Below the pieces are notes generated by a model. The model saw only the letters and a list, made by a program, of their open reading frames with translations, did not search any database and had not been told where the DNA came from. 64,000 nucleotides of DNA. It comes from Torpedo marmorata (Eukaryota). The stretch is taken from contig OZ360228.1 of NCBI GenBank assembly GCA_977017645.1, positions 87,420,001 through 87,484,000 of the forward strand, read 5' to 3'. Each line of letters opens with the position of its first letter. Positions within the stretch are counted from its first letter, which is position 1. Below are positions 1-11,276 of the stretch, one piece after another. Position numbers and translations under genes: made by a program.

Positions 1-358
1 TCTCATTTTCCAACCTCATCTTTTTCAGCTCATATCTCCTATTTCTCTCATCGTTCTCGTATCTCTTTTGTTCCAATTCTGTGTCTAATTTCTTTTGTTC
101 CAATTCCGTGTCTAATTTCTTTATTTCCAACTGTATGTTTTCAGAAGGTTTACCCTTGGGAATCTGCTCTAACACGCTCTCCTCAAACCTTTTTTCTTTT
201 ATATAGTATTTGACAATTTTTCTCCCAATCTCTGCCTTTTTCATAAATGGTTTTACAGAAGCAATGCCCAACTCTATTGCTATAGCCACTAACTGTTCCT
301 TTTTCGTCTTTTTTAAAGTATCAGGTTCAGGTGATTCCAAAAAATGTTCTACATCCAT
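1..358 (-). CDS. Gag N-terminus of a Gypsy-type LTR retrotransposon (runs off window start)
   Basis: Hand translation from ATG at 358 (minus): MDVEHFLESPEPDTLKKTKKEQLVAIAIELGIASVKPFMKKAEIGRKIVKYYIKEKRFEESVLEQIPKGKPSENIQLEIKKLDTELEQKKLDTELEQKRYENDERNRRYELKKMRLENE, open to base 1. It starts about 110 bp downstream of a PBS and LTR; the coiled-coil-rich start resembles fish Gmr1-like Gypsy gag (from memory). Confidence 0.8.
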   Translation of the reverse strand, partial: MDVEHFLESPEPDTLKKTKKEQLVAIAIELGIASVKPFMKKAEIGRKIVKYYIKEKRFEESVLEQIPKGKPSENIQLEIKKLDTELEQKKLDTELEQKRYENDERNRRYELKKMRLENE

Positions 359-468
359 TGTTGCTGGTTTTTCGTTACACACACACTAGCTTTTAATTAG
401 CTTTACAAAAGGAATGTCTTAAACCAGAAGGGGATTCCTTCAATTACCAAGATGGATTTTTAATTCAA

Positions 469-486
469 ATCCCGGACGAGCCCCCA
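469..486 (-). other. Primer-binding site complementary to tRNA-Pro 3' end
   Basis: Minus strand reads ...TGTAACA-AAAT-TGGGGGCTCGTCCGGGAT; the 18-mer equals the canonical tRNA-Pro PBS and follows an LTR-like ...ACA end. Confidence 0.92.
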
Positions 487-490
487 ATTT

Positions 491-1457
491 TGTTACAAAT
501 TCAAACCAGCAACGACAGAAGATGCAATGCAAAAGGGGTAAAATTGAAATTTATATTTATTAAAAAGACAATTAAACATATAATTTCACAACAATTAACC
601 CCACTATAAACGTCTATAAACACTATTCTTATCTAAAAGGTGTGTGTGTGTGTAAAGCCCAGACCATTACAGTCTGTGCCCAACCCTCATGTAAAAATGG
701 AAAAACTTTCCCCAAAAACCCAAGGTCAGTCATAAAAACAAGTCAGTCAGAAAAAAAAATACAGTCCACAAAAATTCACTCTCTATGTTCAGGATCCAAA
801 TTCAGCTCTGTGTGCTGGCAAGAAGGACTTTTTAATGAACGTTGGAGACAGACAATGACTGTTTATGCTTACGAATACTTGGCTTGCTTTTCTTCTCTGA
901 TAACTTTCCTTTTTGGTAGAGATTCACGAGGATTGCGACTCCAAATCAGTATACCACTGATTGAGGCGTGTACTTGGATCTCACAGCTGGTCTCGCTGAT
1001 CTCACGCCTGTTCTCCACAAAAGTTGCTTTAACTCAGGATTTTGCTGAGACAGGAGGCCATCTGCTATTCTCCCAGCCTTTCTCCCTGGGATGCACAAGC
1101 CTGGATTTTGCTGTGTTCTCTAGCCTTTGAAATTCCAAAACTGAATGCTTTTTGCAGAGGTCTACACCTGCTTTTGCAAAAGTGCAACAAAGTATCTTTT
1201 CCACAGCCTGTCTCTCTCTCTGGTCTCTCTCTCTCTTTGGGTACACCAAGTCTGGGCAAGTTAACTCTTTCAGTACCTGGTCCCAGTGTGTACTCCAAAA
1301 GACTTCATCCTTCCTGCTGACCGTCCGCAGTCCAAATGGTCAGTCATGGTCCATGAACAAATCTCAATCCATATTTTACTGCACAGATAACTTCTAAAGA
1401 ACACTTTATATTCCATACTAATTACCTGCTGTATCAAATTTTTAAAAAATGATCACA
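491..1457 (-). mobile_element. 5' LTR of the Gypsy element (~970 bp)
   Basis: Inner end TGTTACA at 491 abuts the PBS; minus-strand AATAAA near 556-561; outer end taken at ...TGATCACA (1457), where SINE sequence begins. Outer boundary approximate because the partner LTR and TSD are outside the window. Confidence 0.7.
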
Positions 1458-1762
1458 GCACCAGTGACCTGGGTTAAATCCTGACGTCTGCTGCTGACTG
1501 TGTGGTATTTATACATTCCTCGTGTGACTGCGAGGGTTTCCTCATCCCACACCCCCAAAACGTGCCGGTTGGTAGACTAAATGGCCACTGCAAATTGCCC
1601 CTAGTGGGTAGACGAATGGTAAAATCTGAGGGAAGTTGATGGGAATGTGGGGAGAATAAAATGGGATTCATATAGGATCAGTAAATGCGTGCTTGGTGTT
1701 AGATCAGATTCAATGGGCCGAAGGCCCTTTTGCTGTGCTGTATTTCTCTGACTCTATGACTC
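1458..1762 (+). mobile_element. V-SINE (HE1-like) with CR1-type tail, apparently interrupted by the LTR element
   Basis: B-box-like GGGTTAAATCC, V-domain-like core (gtgtgactgcgagggtttcctc...aaattgcccctagtg), CR1-like 3' end gggccgaaggcc...gactctatgactct. Confidence 0.7.
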
Positions 1763-2536
1763 TTTAATTTGAATGCTGAAGACCAAAGCATAACATTCAG
1801 CTCTATAATCTCTCATCTTGGGCCAATAATTACAATAGAAATATGTCCAAACTGCAATTGCACAATAATTGAGATTTTATCGTAACTCAAAACTTGCTTT
1901 GCTTTACAATAGTACAAACTTACAATTATACATTTAATTCCTGTATATCGTTTGAAGCGTTATGCCAATTTCATGGACACTCTAAAATCATTTGTTAGTC
2001 TGCAATCTAAACAGCCAGGGGATCATGTTTTCAATTGTTTGATATCTGTTTTGTCAATTGGTTTCTGACAGTGTAAATTTGATTCAATTCGCCACCATCT
2101 CACAGAAATCTGCTTCCCATATTTAGAGAAATTTGTGGCATCTCCTTGCACATGCCTAGCAGCAGGGTCAAATCAAATGAATAACATAAATGCAGGGCAA
2201 AGTACAAATTATTATCTCTATTTATACAGTGCTCCATTACAAAAGTTTAATGGTATCAACTGCCTGAAGAAATGCTTTTAAAACCAAGTTATTTTGCCTT
2301 TGCAGAAGATCCAGAGAATTGCACCAACTCTAAAATAAAATCAGAAAAAAACTGAAAACAATCAACAGGTCAGGCAGCATTGCTAAAAGAGAAATACTTA
2401 ATGTTTCACGTCCAAGACCCTTTGGACACAAAATATTAATTCTGTTTCTCTGTCTGACTGACCTGTTGAAAATTTAGAGGATTTTGTTTCTATTTTGGAT
2501 TTATGGAATTCTTTTGATTTTAATTTACTAATATGC

Positions 2537-2916
2537 TGTGGCGGCCCGCCACCGCGGAGATCGAGCCGGCACATCGCGCGGCGCGCGCGGTAGGAAACAG
2601 CGGCATAACACACTGTAACGCGACCCTTAGCATAGCGAACCGGCGCGGTTGAAAGCTGGAGCAGTACAAGACCAGCAGCCCATAAATGGCGCTGGCCAAG
2701 CTGCCCAGCTAAAAGATCAATACCAGGCTGGGGAAGAAGGGTATTCATATGCAAGAACGTTCCCGCCCGCTATTGTTATTCATGCGGCTGATGTCAACCA
2801 ATCAACCAAACGATAGGAACTCCAACTATATAAAAGAAGCATTTCCAGCCTCAATAAAGGAGAGAGCTTAACCTTCCACACTGCGTGTGTGTGTTTCTTC
2901 GTAGCAGTCGGCTACA
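2537..2916 (+). mobile_element. Solo LTR (380 bp), Gypsy-type
   Basis: TGTGGC...GCTACA termini, exact 4-bp TSD ATGC (2533-2536 / 2917-2920), TATA box near 2827-2835, AATAAA near 2853; CpG-rich in AT-rich surroundings. Confidence 0.88.
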
Positions 2917-4363
2917 ATGCATCAATTCTACATTGGTGACAATGTAGATGTAACAATATAATATCCATTTTGACGTGACTGATATCCAGATTCATCTTCT
3001 CATAACTGAGATTTGTAATTTCTTCAGATTAAATTTTATATTTATTTACTATTCATTAAGTATTCATTAAATTGAATACTTAAATGTTCTCGATATACAC
3101 ATTTAGAAATGGAATAGTTTCATCTGAATGTGCTGGATCTTGCTCCCCTGATATGCAGCCCAGGTTCACTACCTGTGTTGCCTCTCTGCTCAAAGTCACC
3201 TGTTCCAGGTGAGGAGTGCGCAATACATTGACTCACGGGATCCAAGAAGGGTCCAGCATGGAAGAGTGGGCTCCAGGTGATGAGTAGGTCTGGGGCATCA
3301 AATCCTGAGGCCTTACCCTCCAAAGAGCTTGAAAAGTTCTCAGGATTTTTAAATATGTTTGATAATGGAAAGGATTTAAAGATTATTCAAATTGATTGAA
3401 ATATTAAAAATCTTTAAAATCAAAGTAACTACAGTAAATATATTAAAATAAAAACTAATAATTGAAAATAGTAATATAATACAACACACATGTTCTTACA
3501 ATTTCCCACAGGGTTGGCAGCAAAAATCCCTAAAACATTTTGCTAAAGCTGTGCTGTACTCTGTGACTCATATGGACCGCTTGGTCTGTGTTCTGCTGCC
3601 CAATGATCGATCCATTTGTAAGAGCAAGGTATTTCCTTATGGCTTATTCATTGATTTCATATCAGTGGAATATATGCCTCTGGAATGGAAACTAAGTACA
3701 AAACATTAAATCTCTTTAAATATATTTAAAAAACTTATTCTGCTAATAATGCTGCAATTATGTTGGTCTACAACAGTTTACATTACTAGAAATCAAATTT
3801 TTGCACAGACTGATAAGCAAGATAATTTTAAAGATTTTCAACACAAAATCAAATCAAAGTGGCTGAGAGGGTAACCAGTTAACTTAATGAAGTGCCACAC
3901 ATCAATTAATAGAATGAGTGTTCATGCCTATAACTCCTCTGATGGTGAAATTCTGGTCTCAATGGAGTGATTAATGACTGGCAGAGACCATATGGAAACT
4001 AATTGATATTTTCCCTCTCCGACGTAGCTTTACAACAATAAACTGAAAGCTCTAGATCAGACTGGTTAGCTTGTGTATAGTGTTTGCAGTGGAATTTGTC
4101 AAAATAGACGTGGAGAGAAAAAACAATCAATAAATGAGGTGATGAAAATGAGATTATGATAAATGGAAAATTGCCACCTTACCCCAATTCTCATCTACTG
4201 CTCAAACAAAAACGACATTTTTAATTAATATCAGTGGCCAAAGAACATGTACTTTATAGATGAAGATCAGGGAGCTATATGATACCACATCCTTTGAGGG
4301 TTGAAAGCCAGAAAATACTGCAGGTACTTGGCAGGTCAAGCAGCAACAATGGAGAGAGAGAGA

Positions 4364-4493
4364 AGTAAAACACAAAAGTCTGCAGACACCGTGGTTGAAG
4401 TAAAAACACAATGCCGGAGAAACTCTGCAGGTCAAACAGTGTCCTTTATATAGGAAAGATAAAGGCACATAACCAACGTTTCGGGCTTGAGCC
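4364..4493 (+). mobile_element. Short interspersed repeat (possibly Penelope-derived), nested in an older related repeat
   Basis: Reverse-complement homologue at 29898-30008 (gtaaaacac...ctgcagacaccgtggttgaagtaaaa...ggagaaactc..caggtcaaacagtgtc). Family assignment tentative. Confidence 0.55.
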
Positions 4494-5353
4494 GAGAAAC
4501 AGTTAACTTCCCTGGTCAACGAGCTGAGAAAAGTTGGAAATCAAACAGGTTTTATATTCCTTTTTTTTGTTTTTCAAAATGAATTGAGGTGTTTGAAATG
4601 ATCATCAATTGAGAGTGAAGCATCAATAATTTATTAATTACTATATCCCCTCAATCATAATCTCAGGATTATCATACCCCATCCCCAAAACTAGAAAAAT
4701 GATTACTGCATTCTAGCATACAGTATTACTGTATTCAGTTCCTATGAGTAAAACATATGGAACAAATTCTGAGTATATTCAAAACAGTTTATATTTATAA
4801 ATTGTAAAAAGGTTACAAAGCATGATACAATTTAGGAATAACAAATATTTCAAGCAATCCTATGCATTATTTGAACTTCCAAATTGTGCTGTGGTCAATA
4901 CCTAGCAGCAACCATTTTCAATGCTGTGCTCCTTAACTATTTCTACTTGCTTATCACTAGACACACTAAACACCAGTTGCATTATTAGAATGATTAATGA
5001 AGGATTATTTTCTAAATGACAATAAATTAACCAGCACTGATAACGAGTGAAGGGTGCCATTAACTATATCTGAGAGGTGAATCAGCATTTGACATATGTT
5101 TAAAAATAATTACCGTATATTTTGGCGTATAAGTCGACTCGCGGATAAGTCGACCCCCCTTTTTCAGCCTCATTTTAATGGTTTTATTGTATATCCGGCA
5201 TATAAGTCGACCCCCAATTTTCGGGCTGTCCGGGCCTCCCAGCAACAACCCAATATTTGTTACAACACCCCAATCGCCAAGTAACAAAGCTGTAAATTAA
5301 GCAAGTAAGTAAAAAAAACAGTAAAAAAAAAACCTTTGCTTCTGGCCGGGAAG

Positions 5354-5507
5354 ATGCCAAATGGAGCTGGGTCCAAGTCTTCAGCTTCGGCTGCAGCCAG
5401 AGTCGGCGATGGGCGACTCCATTCTCCACATCGGGTGCGGTGCTGTCCTCATTGAAGAAGTCGCCTCGCTGCCCAAGTGTGCTCGGTGCAGGAACCACGG
5501 CTACGTG
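5354..5507 (+). pseudogene. DMRT1: Captured, frameshifted 5' coding fragment of DMRT1 (N-terminus plus start of DM domain)
   Basis: Three successive frames: MPNGAGSKSSASAAARVGDGRLHS (ATG 5354) / TSGAVLSSLKKSPR (KK at 5455) / LPKCARCRNHGYV (5469-5507). Vertebrate DMRT1 starts MPN...SK and has KKSPRLPKCARCRNHGY. Two single-base deletions reconcile the frames; homology stops before SPLKGHKR. Confidence 0.85.
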
Positions 5508-5513
5508 TTGGCT

Positions 5514-5700
5514 CCCGGGCAGGAGCGGCGACCTCGTTCTCCCGGGCAGGTGCGGGGACCTCGTTCTCCCGGGCAGGTGCGGCGACATCGTTCTCCCGAG
5601 CAGGTGCGAGGACCTCGTTCTCCCAGGCAGGAGCGGCGACCTCGTTCTCCCGGGCAGGAGCGGCGACCTCAGGCTCCCGGGTAGGAGCGGGGACCTCGGA
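5514..5700 (+). repeat. GC-rich 27-bp minisatellite, ~7 copies
   Basis: Unit CCCGGGCAGG(A/T)GCGG(C/G)GACCTCGTTCT starting at 5514, 5541, 5568, 5595, 5622, 5649, 5676. Confidence 0.93.
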
Positions 5701-6313
5701 CTCTACAATTGTAGAATGTCTGGGTGGTTTATGCCGGCAGTGGGGAGGTGTCGGAGAGTGGCGGCGCCGGCGGTGGGGAGGTGCTTCCAGCGTCGACCTA
5801 TACGCTGAATCGGTTTTTCATGGGTCGACCTATACGCCAAATCGGGTTTTCAAGGGTCGACTTATACGCTGAATCGGCGTGGAGTAGTTTTTGAGCTGAT
5901 TTTAAGGTCTCAAAAGTATATCTGGCGTATAAGTCGACCCCCGTTTTTTGAGAGATTTTTGAGGGTTTCAAGACTCGACTTATACGCCGAAATATACGGT
6001 AAGTTAATTTATTTTCAAGAACATGCAAATCATATTAATAAATGTGAGTTGAATTTTGTTTACAATTAAATACTTAATACATTTTTCTTGAAATAGGTAT
6101 ACAAATGCATACGGTTTTTAAGAGAACATTTCCTTTTAATGTTCACTGCAAGATGCATTCCTAGAAATTGGTTATTAGGTAGTTTTGGCCTTTGATAGAT
6201 GGTGAGTGAATTGTGCAGTTTGGCCCTGGAGATCCTGAGACCTTGCGATCATTTGTCAGCACCAGGTTCACAGCTGAGGAGCTGCAGCTAGCAGTTCACA
6301 AGCTCCTTTCTCT

Positions 6314-7118
6314 CTCTTTTTTAAAAATATTTTATTTAAAATTTTTAAATCACACAGTACATAGTTTAAAATGCAAAATTATCAAATTACATGTGATACA
6401 TTTTCACCCCCCTCCCTCCCTCCCTCCCTCCCCTCCCTAACCCTCCTGAAAAGAAAGAAAGAAAGAAGAAAAAGATAAAGTAAGGAGAATGTCAATCTAA
6501 AAAAGAACAACTATAAACTAATTTTATTGTGGAACACAGGTTCGCCAGTCAGATCCGATATCCGGAGATCTTCAAATCCTTAAACCGACAGTTTTTATAC
6601 ATGGGCTCCATATTTTCAAAAAGAAATGATATTTATTACGTAAATTATAAGTAAATCTTTCTAATCCTAAATCTACATCAGATTTCCATGTAATAGCAAT
6701 GCATTTCTTAGAAACAGCTAAAGCAATTCGCAAAAATTCTGTTTGATACATATTTAATTTCATCTTAATACTAATTCTTTTAATATCTCCAAACAAAAAT
6801 ATCATAGGATCCATTGGGAGTGTAATTCTTAATACTTTGTCTAAAAACTTCTTAACTTTCAACCAAAAATCATATATCTTTGGACAAAGCCATGTAGAAT
6901 GTACAAAAGAACCTTCCTCTCTATTACATCTAAAACATAAACCAGATAATGTCAGATTGAATTTCTTTAATTTTTTAGGTGTTAAATATAATTGATGAAA
7001 AAAATTATATTGCACTAATCTATATCTAACGTTAATAATCTTCGTCATACTTTGTTTACATAATTCTTTCCAATGTTCTTCGTCTATTGTTACATTCAGA
7101 TCTGATTCCCCATTTAAT
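6314..7118 (-). mobile_element. 5'-truncated L1-clade LINE (ORF2 C-terminus plus 3' UTR)
   Basis: ORF 6572-7048 has the CCHC-like CFRC...HSTWLC region; 14-bp TSD AAGCTCCTTTCTCT (6300-6313 / 7119-7132); highly similar to the copy at 34526-37535. Confidence 0.9.
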
Positions 7119-8564
7119 AAGCTCCTTTCTCTTTACAATGAGCTGCAGCATAGATACTTTAAAATAAAAATTATGGTAAGATCTTTTTTTTGAAACAAAA
7201 CAAATCCAATTCATACACTGCTCACTACTTTATGTGCAATATATACCTGATTTAATTGTGAGTTATTTATAAAGGTTGTAAGTTACTGGACAAGATATTC
7301 TTGTGGATGCCAGGGTAGACTTAAAGGAAAGGGGAGCAGATTCCAGCAGCATTAGATGAGGTACTGCAATATTACACTATGCCATCAAAACCCACTGACA
7401 AGAGGTGAAAGAGGAATGACAGTATTCTGTTTATATTTGACTATGCTTTATTATAAATTCTTTTCAGAATACTCGTATTGCTCAAATGTTTTCTCATTGA
7501 GAGTTCTAAATATTCTTTTACACGTATAGTTAGTCACTCTCGTATAGCAGCTGCTGGTATTCTGCACGTCTTCAGACAACTAGCCTAGAAAGTTTGCCCA
7601 TGTCAGTGTACTCTGGAAAACCTTGATTGTTGCCAGAGAGCGATGGGTGCTTTAAAAATAAGTGTGACACCGCAGTATAACATGTGATTGTGAAATAATC
7701 TGACTGGTCCCTTTTGCTGACATGATATTCTGGCAATTATTGAGCAGGAGCTCCATTTTGGAACTTGCTCTTATCCTATGATGCTACTCCCTTACTTTTT
7801 CTGCACTTACAATGCTTAACATGACAACCTGTAACAGATTGACTCCTTCTAGTGGCTGAGAAAAATGAGCAGAGTTGCATGGTGAGATATCTGCTCCATG
7901 TTGCTCATTGTCTACCAACTTACTTTTTAGCAGATAATTGAAATCAACAGGAATACAAATAGAGAATTAGTCAACAGTGATTATTTGTATGGGTAAACAT
8001 GATACTACATTGATCTCATCCATTTGTTGGGAGGTGAGTAAAACCTGGTGCCTCTACCTCAGTGCTTATCCATTGTGTATCTTGAAATAGTTAACTAGAG
8101 AAAGGCTGAAAATTATCCCTATTAATGTCTACAAGGAATTTCCTATTGTTGACAGTGTGTGATTTTTTTTTTGCCTTGAAATGTTAGTCTTTCAATTATT
8201 TCACTACCAATATCATCAAAACATTTTTACCTTGTATAACTCTCAGCTGCATTGTCAAGAAAGGTGAATAAATAGCATCACTGCTGATTGGCATACTTAA
8301 GCAATCAAGTTCTGCAGAGATTTTAAAGAAGCTGTCACATATCAGGAAGTACAGAAGTGTACTCATTGGATCAGGGATTTATTCATTGCTGTGTTATAAT
8401 TGGTGTAAGTGATCTGTGATGCTCGATGCAAGGGAACATTATGCATCAAATGGGTTCTCTTAGCTGATTATTGGTGTGTAGCAGTGGCAGCAATGCAATG
8501 ATTTGGAACTGGAGAGGGGTACTTGGTTTGCTTTAAGTCTCAGCTGTGCAGAAGCTTTTGCTGA

Positions 8565-8806
8565 GGCCTCAGCACATCCCTCTGCAACTGGATCCTTGAC
8601 TTCCTGACCTGAAGACCACATTCAGTGAGGATTGGTGTCAACACCTCCTTCACAATAATCCTTAACACAGGTGTCCGGTAAAACTGCGTACTCAGCCTCT
8701 TACTATACTCCTTATACACTCATGACTATGAGACCAAATACTACTCTAATTTTAACTATACGTTTTCAGATGACTCTACTGTTGCAGGCTGGATCTCAAA
8801 CAATGA
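8565..8806 (+). mobile_element. Older decayed Rex1/Babar RT fragment, split by a younger antisense copy (resumes briefly at ~11277-11300)
   Basis: Translates as [22 protein letters not shown]...LNTG...CVLSLLLYSLYTHD...; the expected continuation DETEYSK appears right after 11280. Confidence 0.75.
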
Positions 8807-11276
8807 ATCAGAATAGGAATTTATTGTCATGAACAAGTCATGAAATTCAGTGTTTTGTGGCAGCATCATAATGCAATTAACATTCATATTAACCATCTTA
8901 CGACATTACTATAAAAATTATAAACAATAGTGCACGAAAAGTAAGGCAGTGTCTTTGGTTCATTGATTATTCAGGAATCTGATGGCAGCGGGGAAGAAGC
9001 TGTCCTTGTGCCATTGAGTGCTCGTCTTTAGGCTCCTGTACCTTTTTCCCGATGGAAGCAGAGTGAAGGGGGCATGGCCTGGGTGGTGGGGGTCTTTGAG
9101 GATAGAGGCTGCATTTTTAAGACACCGCCTCATGTAGATGTCCTTGATGGAGTGAAGTTTGGTGCCTGTGATGTCACAGGCCGAGTTAACAACCCTCTGG
9201 AGTTTACTCTTGTCCTGGGAGTTGGCGCCTCCATACCAGGCAGTGATGCAACCAGCCAGAATGCTCTCCACGGTACACCTGTAGAAGTTTACGAGAGTCT
9301 TCAGTGACATACCGAATCTCCGCAGACACCTCACAAAGTATAGCCGCTGACGAGCCTTCTTTGTGATTGCATCAACGTGGATGCTCCAGGACAGATCCTC
9401 GGAGATGTTGACACCCAGGAATTTGAAGTTCTTGACCCTCTCCACTACTGAGCCCTCGATGAGGACTGGGTCGTGTTCCCCTGACTTCCTCCTGAAGTCC
9501 ACAATCATCTCCTTGGTTTTGCTGACGTTGAGCTCAAGGTTGTTGTCATTACACCATTCAACGAGCTGATCTATCTCCCTCCTGTACACTTCCTCATTGC
9601 CGTTTGTGATTCTGCCGACAACTGTGGTGTCATTGGCAAACTTGTAGATGGCATTGGAATTGTGCCTGGCCACACAGTCATGGGTGTATAACGAGTAGAG
9701 CAGTGGACTAAGCACGCATCCTTGGGGTGCGCCTGTGTTGATAATCAGTGAGGAGGAGACGTTGTTTCCAATTCGTACTGACTGTGGTCTTCCGATGAGA
9801 AAGTCAAGGATCCAGTTGCAGAGTGGGGTACAGAGGCCTAGAGTTTGTAGCTTCTTGACCAGCACTAAGGGAATAATGGTATTGAAGGCCGAGCTGTAGT
9901 CGATGAAAAGCAGCCGTATGTATGAATTGCTGTTTTCGAGGTGATCCAGAGTTGAGTGGAGAGCCAGCGATATTGCATCTGCTGTGGAGCGATTGTGATG
10001 ATAGGTGAATTGCAGTGGGTCCAGATCTTTGCTTAGGTATGTGTTAATTCTGGCCATGACCAGCCTCTCAAAGCATTTCATCACAGTAGAAGTTAGTGCT
10101 ACTGGGCGGTAGTCGTTGAGGCAGCCCATACTACTCTTCTTGGGTACCGGGATGATTGATGCCCTTTTGAAGCAGGTGGGAACCTCTGACTGCCGCAATG
10201 AGAGATTGAAAATGTCCGTGAACACTCCGGCTAGTTGGTTGGTGCAGATTTTCAGTACCCTGCCAGGTACGCCGTCAGGGCCTGACGCCTTGCGAGCGTT
10301 CACCCTCTTGAATGATGTTCTGACGTCGCCCTCAGAGACAGATATCACAGGGTCCTCAGCCTTTTCAGGGATTCTAGTAGGCACTGTTTTGTTCTTCTTC
10401 TCAAAGCGGGCATAGAAGGTGTTCAGCTCATCGGGTAGTGAAGCATCACAGCCGTCTATAGTGTTCACCCTCGCTTTGTAGGCTGTAATGACCTGCACTC
10501 CCTGCCATAGCTGGCGTGTATCTGTCTCTGTCTCTAGCTTCCTCCGGAATAGCCACTTTGCTTCAGAGATGGCCTTCCGCAGGTCGTGCCTGGACATCTT
10601 GTAAAGGTCCCGGTCCCCGGCCTTAAACGCTCTTGTTCTCGTCCTCAGCAGGTTGCGAATTCTCTGATTCATCCAGAGCTTCTGGTTGGGGAACACCCGG
10701 TATTTGCGCGTGGGCACACACTCATCCACGCAGGTCTTGATGAAGTCGGTGACACCTGTTGCATATTCATTTATGTCTATGGCTGAGTGCTTGAATATGT
10801 TCCAGTCCACCGATTCAAAGCAGTCCTGCAGACGCTCCTCCGCCCCCCTCGACCATACTTTCGCCGTCCTCACCACTGGTGCTGTGGTCTTCAGTCTCTG
10901 CTTGTACGCCGGGAGTAGGGGTACAGCCAGGTGATCAGACTTGCTGAAGTGCGGCGTGGTATGGCTCGGTATGCGTTCTTCACGGTGGTGTAGCAGTGGT
11001 CGAGTGTGTTGGTTCCCCTGGTCTCGCATGTGATGTGTTATTAGTGACTTCTTCAGATTGACCTGATTGAAGTCTCCCACAATGATCGGGGAGGCATCAG
11101 GATGTGCTGTCTCATGGCTGTTTATCACAGTGCTCAGTCCCTCCAGTGCCAGCCTGATGTTAGCCTGCGGCAGAATGTACACTGCGACCGGGATGATGGC
11201 GGTGATCTCCCTCGGCAGATAGAATGGGCGACACTTGATCGCCAGATGTTCCAGGTCGGGGGAGCAGGACTGGGAC
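8807..11276 (-). mobile_element. Rex1/Babar-clade LINE, 5'-truncated; partial APE endonuclease plus reverse transcriptase (ORF 8960-11278)
   Basis: 772-aa ORF with GDFN and SDH endonuclease motifs, KASGPDG, YRPVALTS, GAPQGCVLSPLLYSLYT, and YKFAND in place of FADD; TTCTGA-like tail at ~8807-8820; ATGA repeated at 8803-8806 and 11277-11280. Confidence 0.9.

Larger units (their letters stand above)
5113..5999. mobile_element. Non-autonomous Tc1/mariner-superfamily (Tc2/pogo-like) DNA transposon carrying a host-gene fragment
   Basis: TA flanks at 5111-5112 and 6000-6001; TIRs CCGTATATTTTGGCGTATAAGTCGA / TCGACTTATACGCCGAAATATACGG; several subterminal TATAAGTCGACCC-type repeats at both ends; no transposase ORF. 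Confidence 0.9.

Noticed and set aside
642-1397. Overlapping ORFs of 71-162 aa
   Set aside because: They lie within the LTR, several use non-ATG starts, and none shows a recognisable domain.
3120-3323. 67-aa minus-strand ORF in a GC-richer patch
   Set aside because: No recognisable motif or convincing splice context; probably a repeat fragment I cannot assign.
5361-5684. 107-aa ORF as a functional DMRT protein
   Set aside because: Only 13 residues of the DM domain are in this frame; the remaining zinc ligands and recognition helix are absent and the tail is translated minisatellite.
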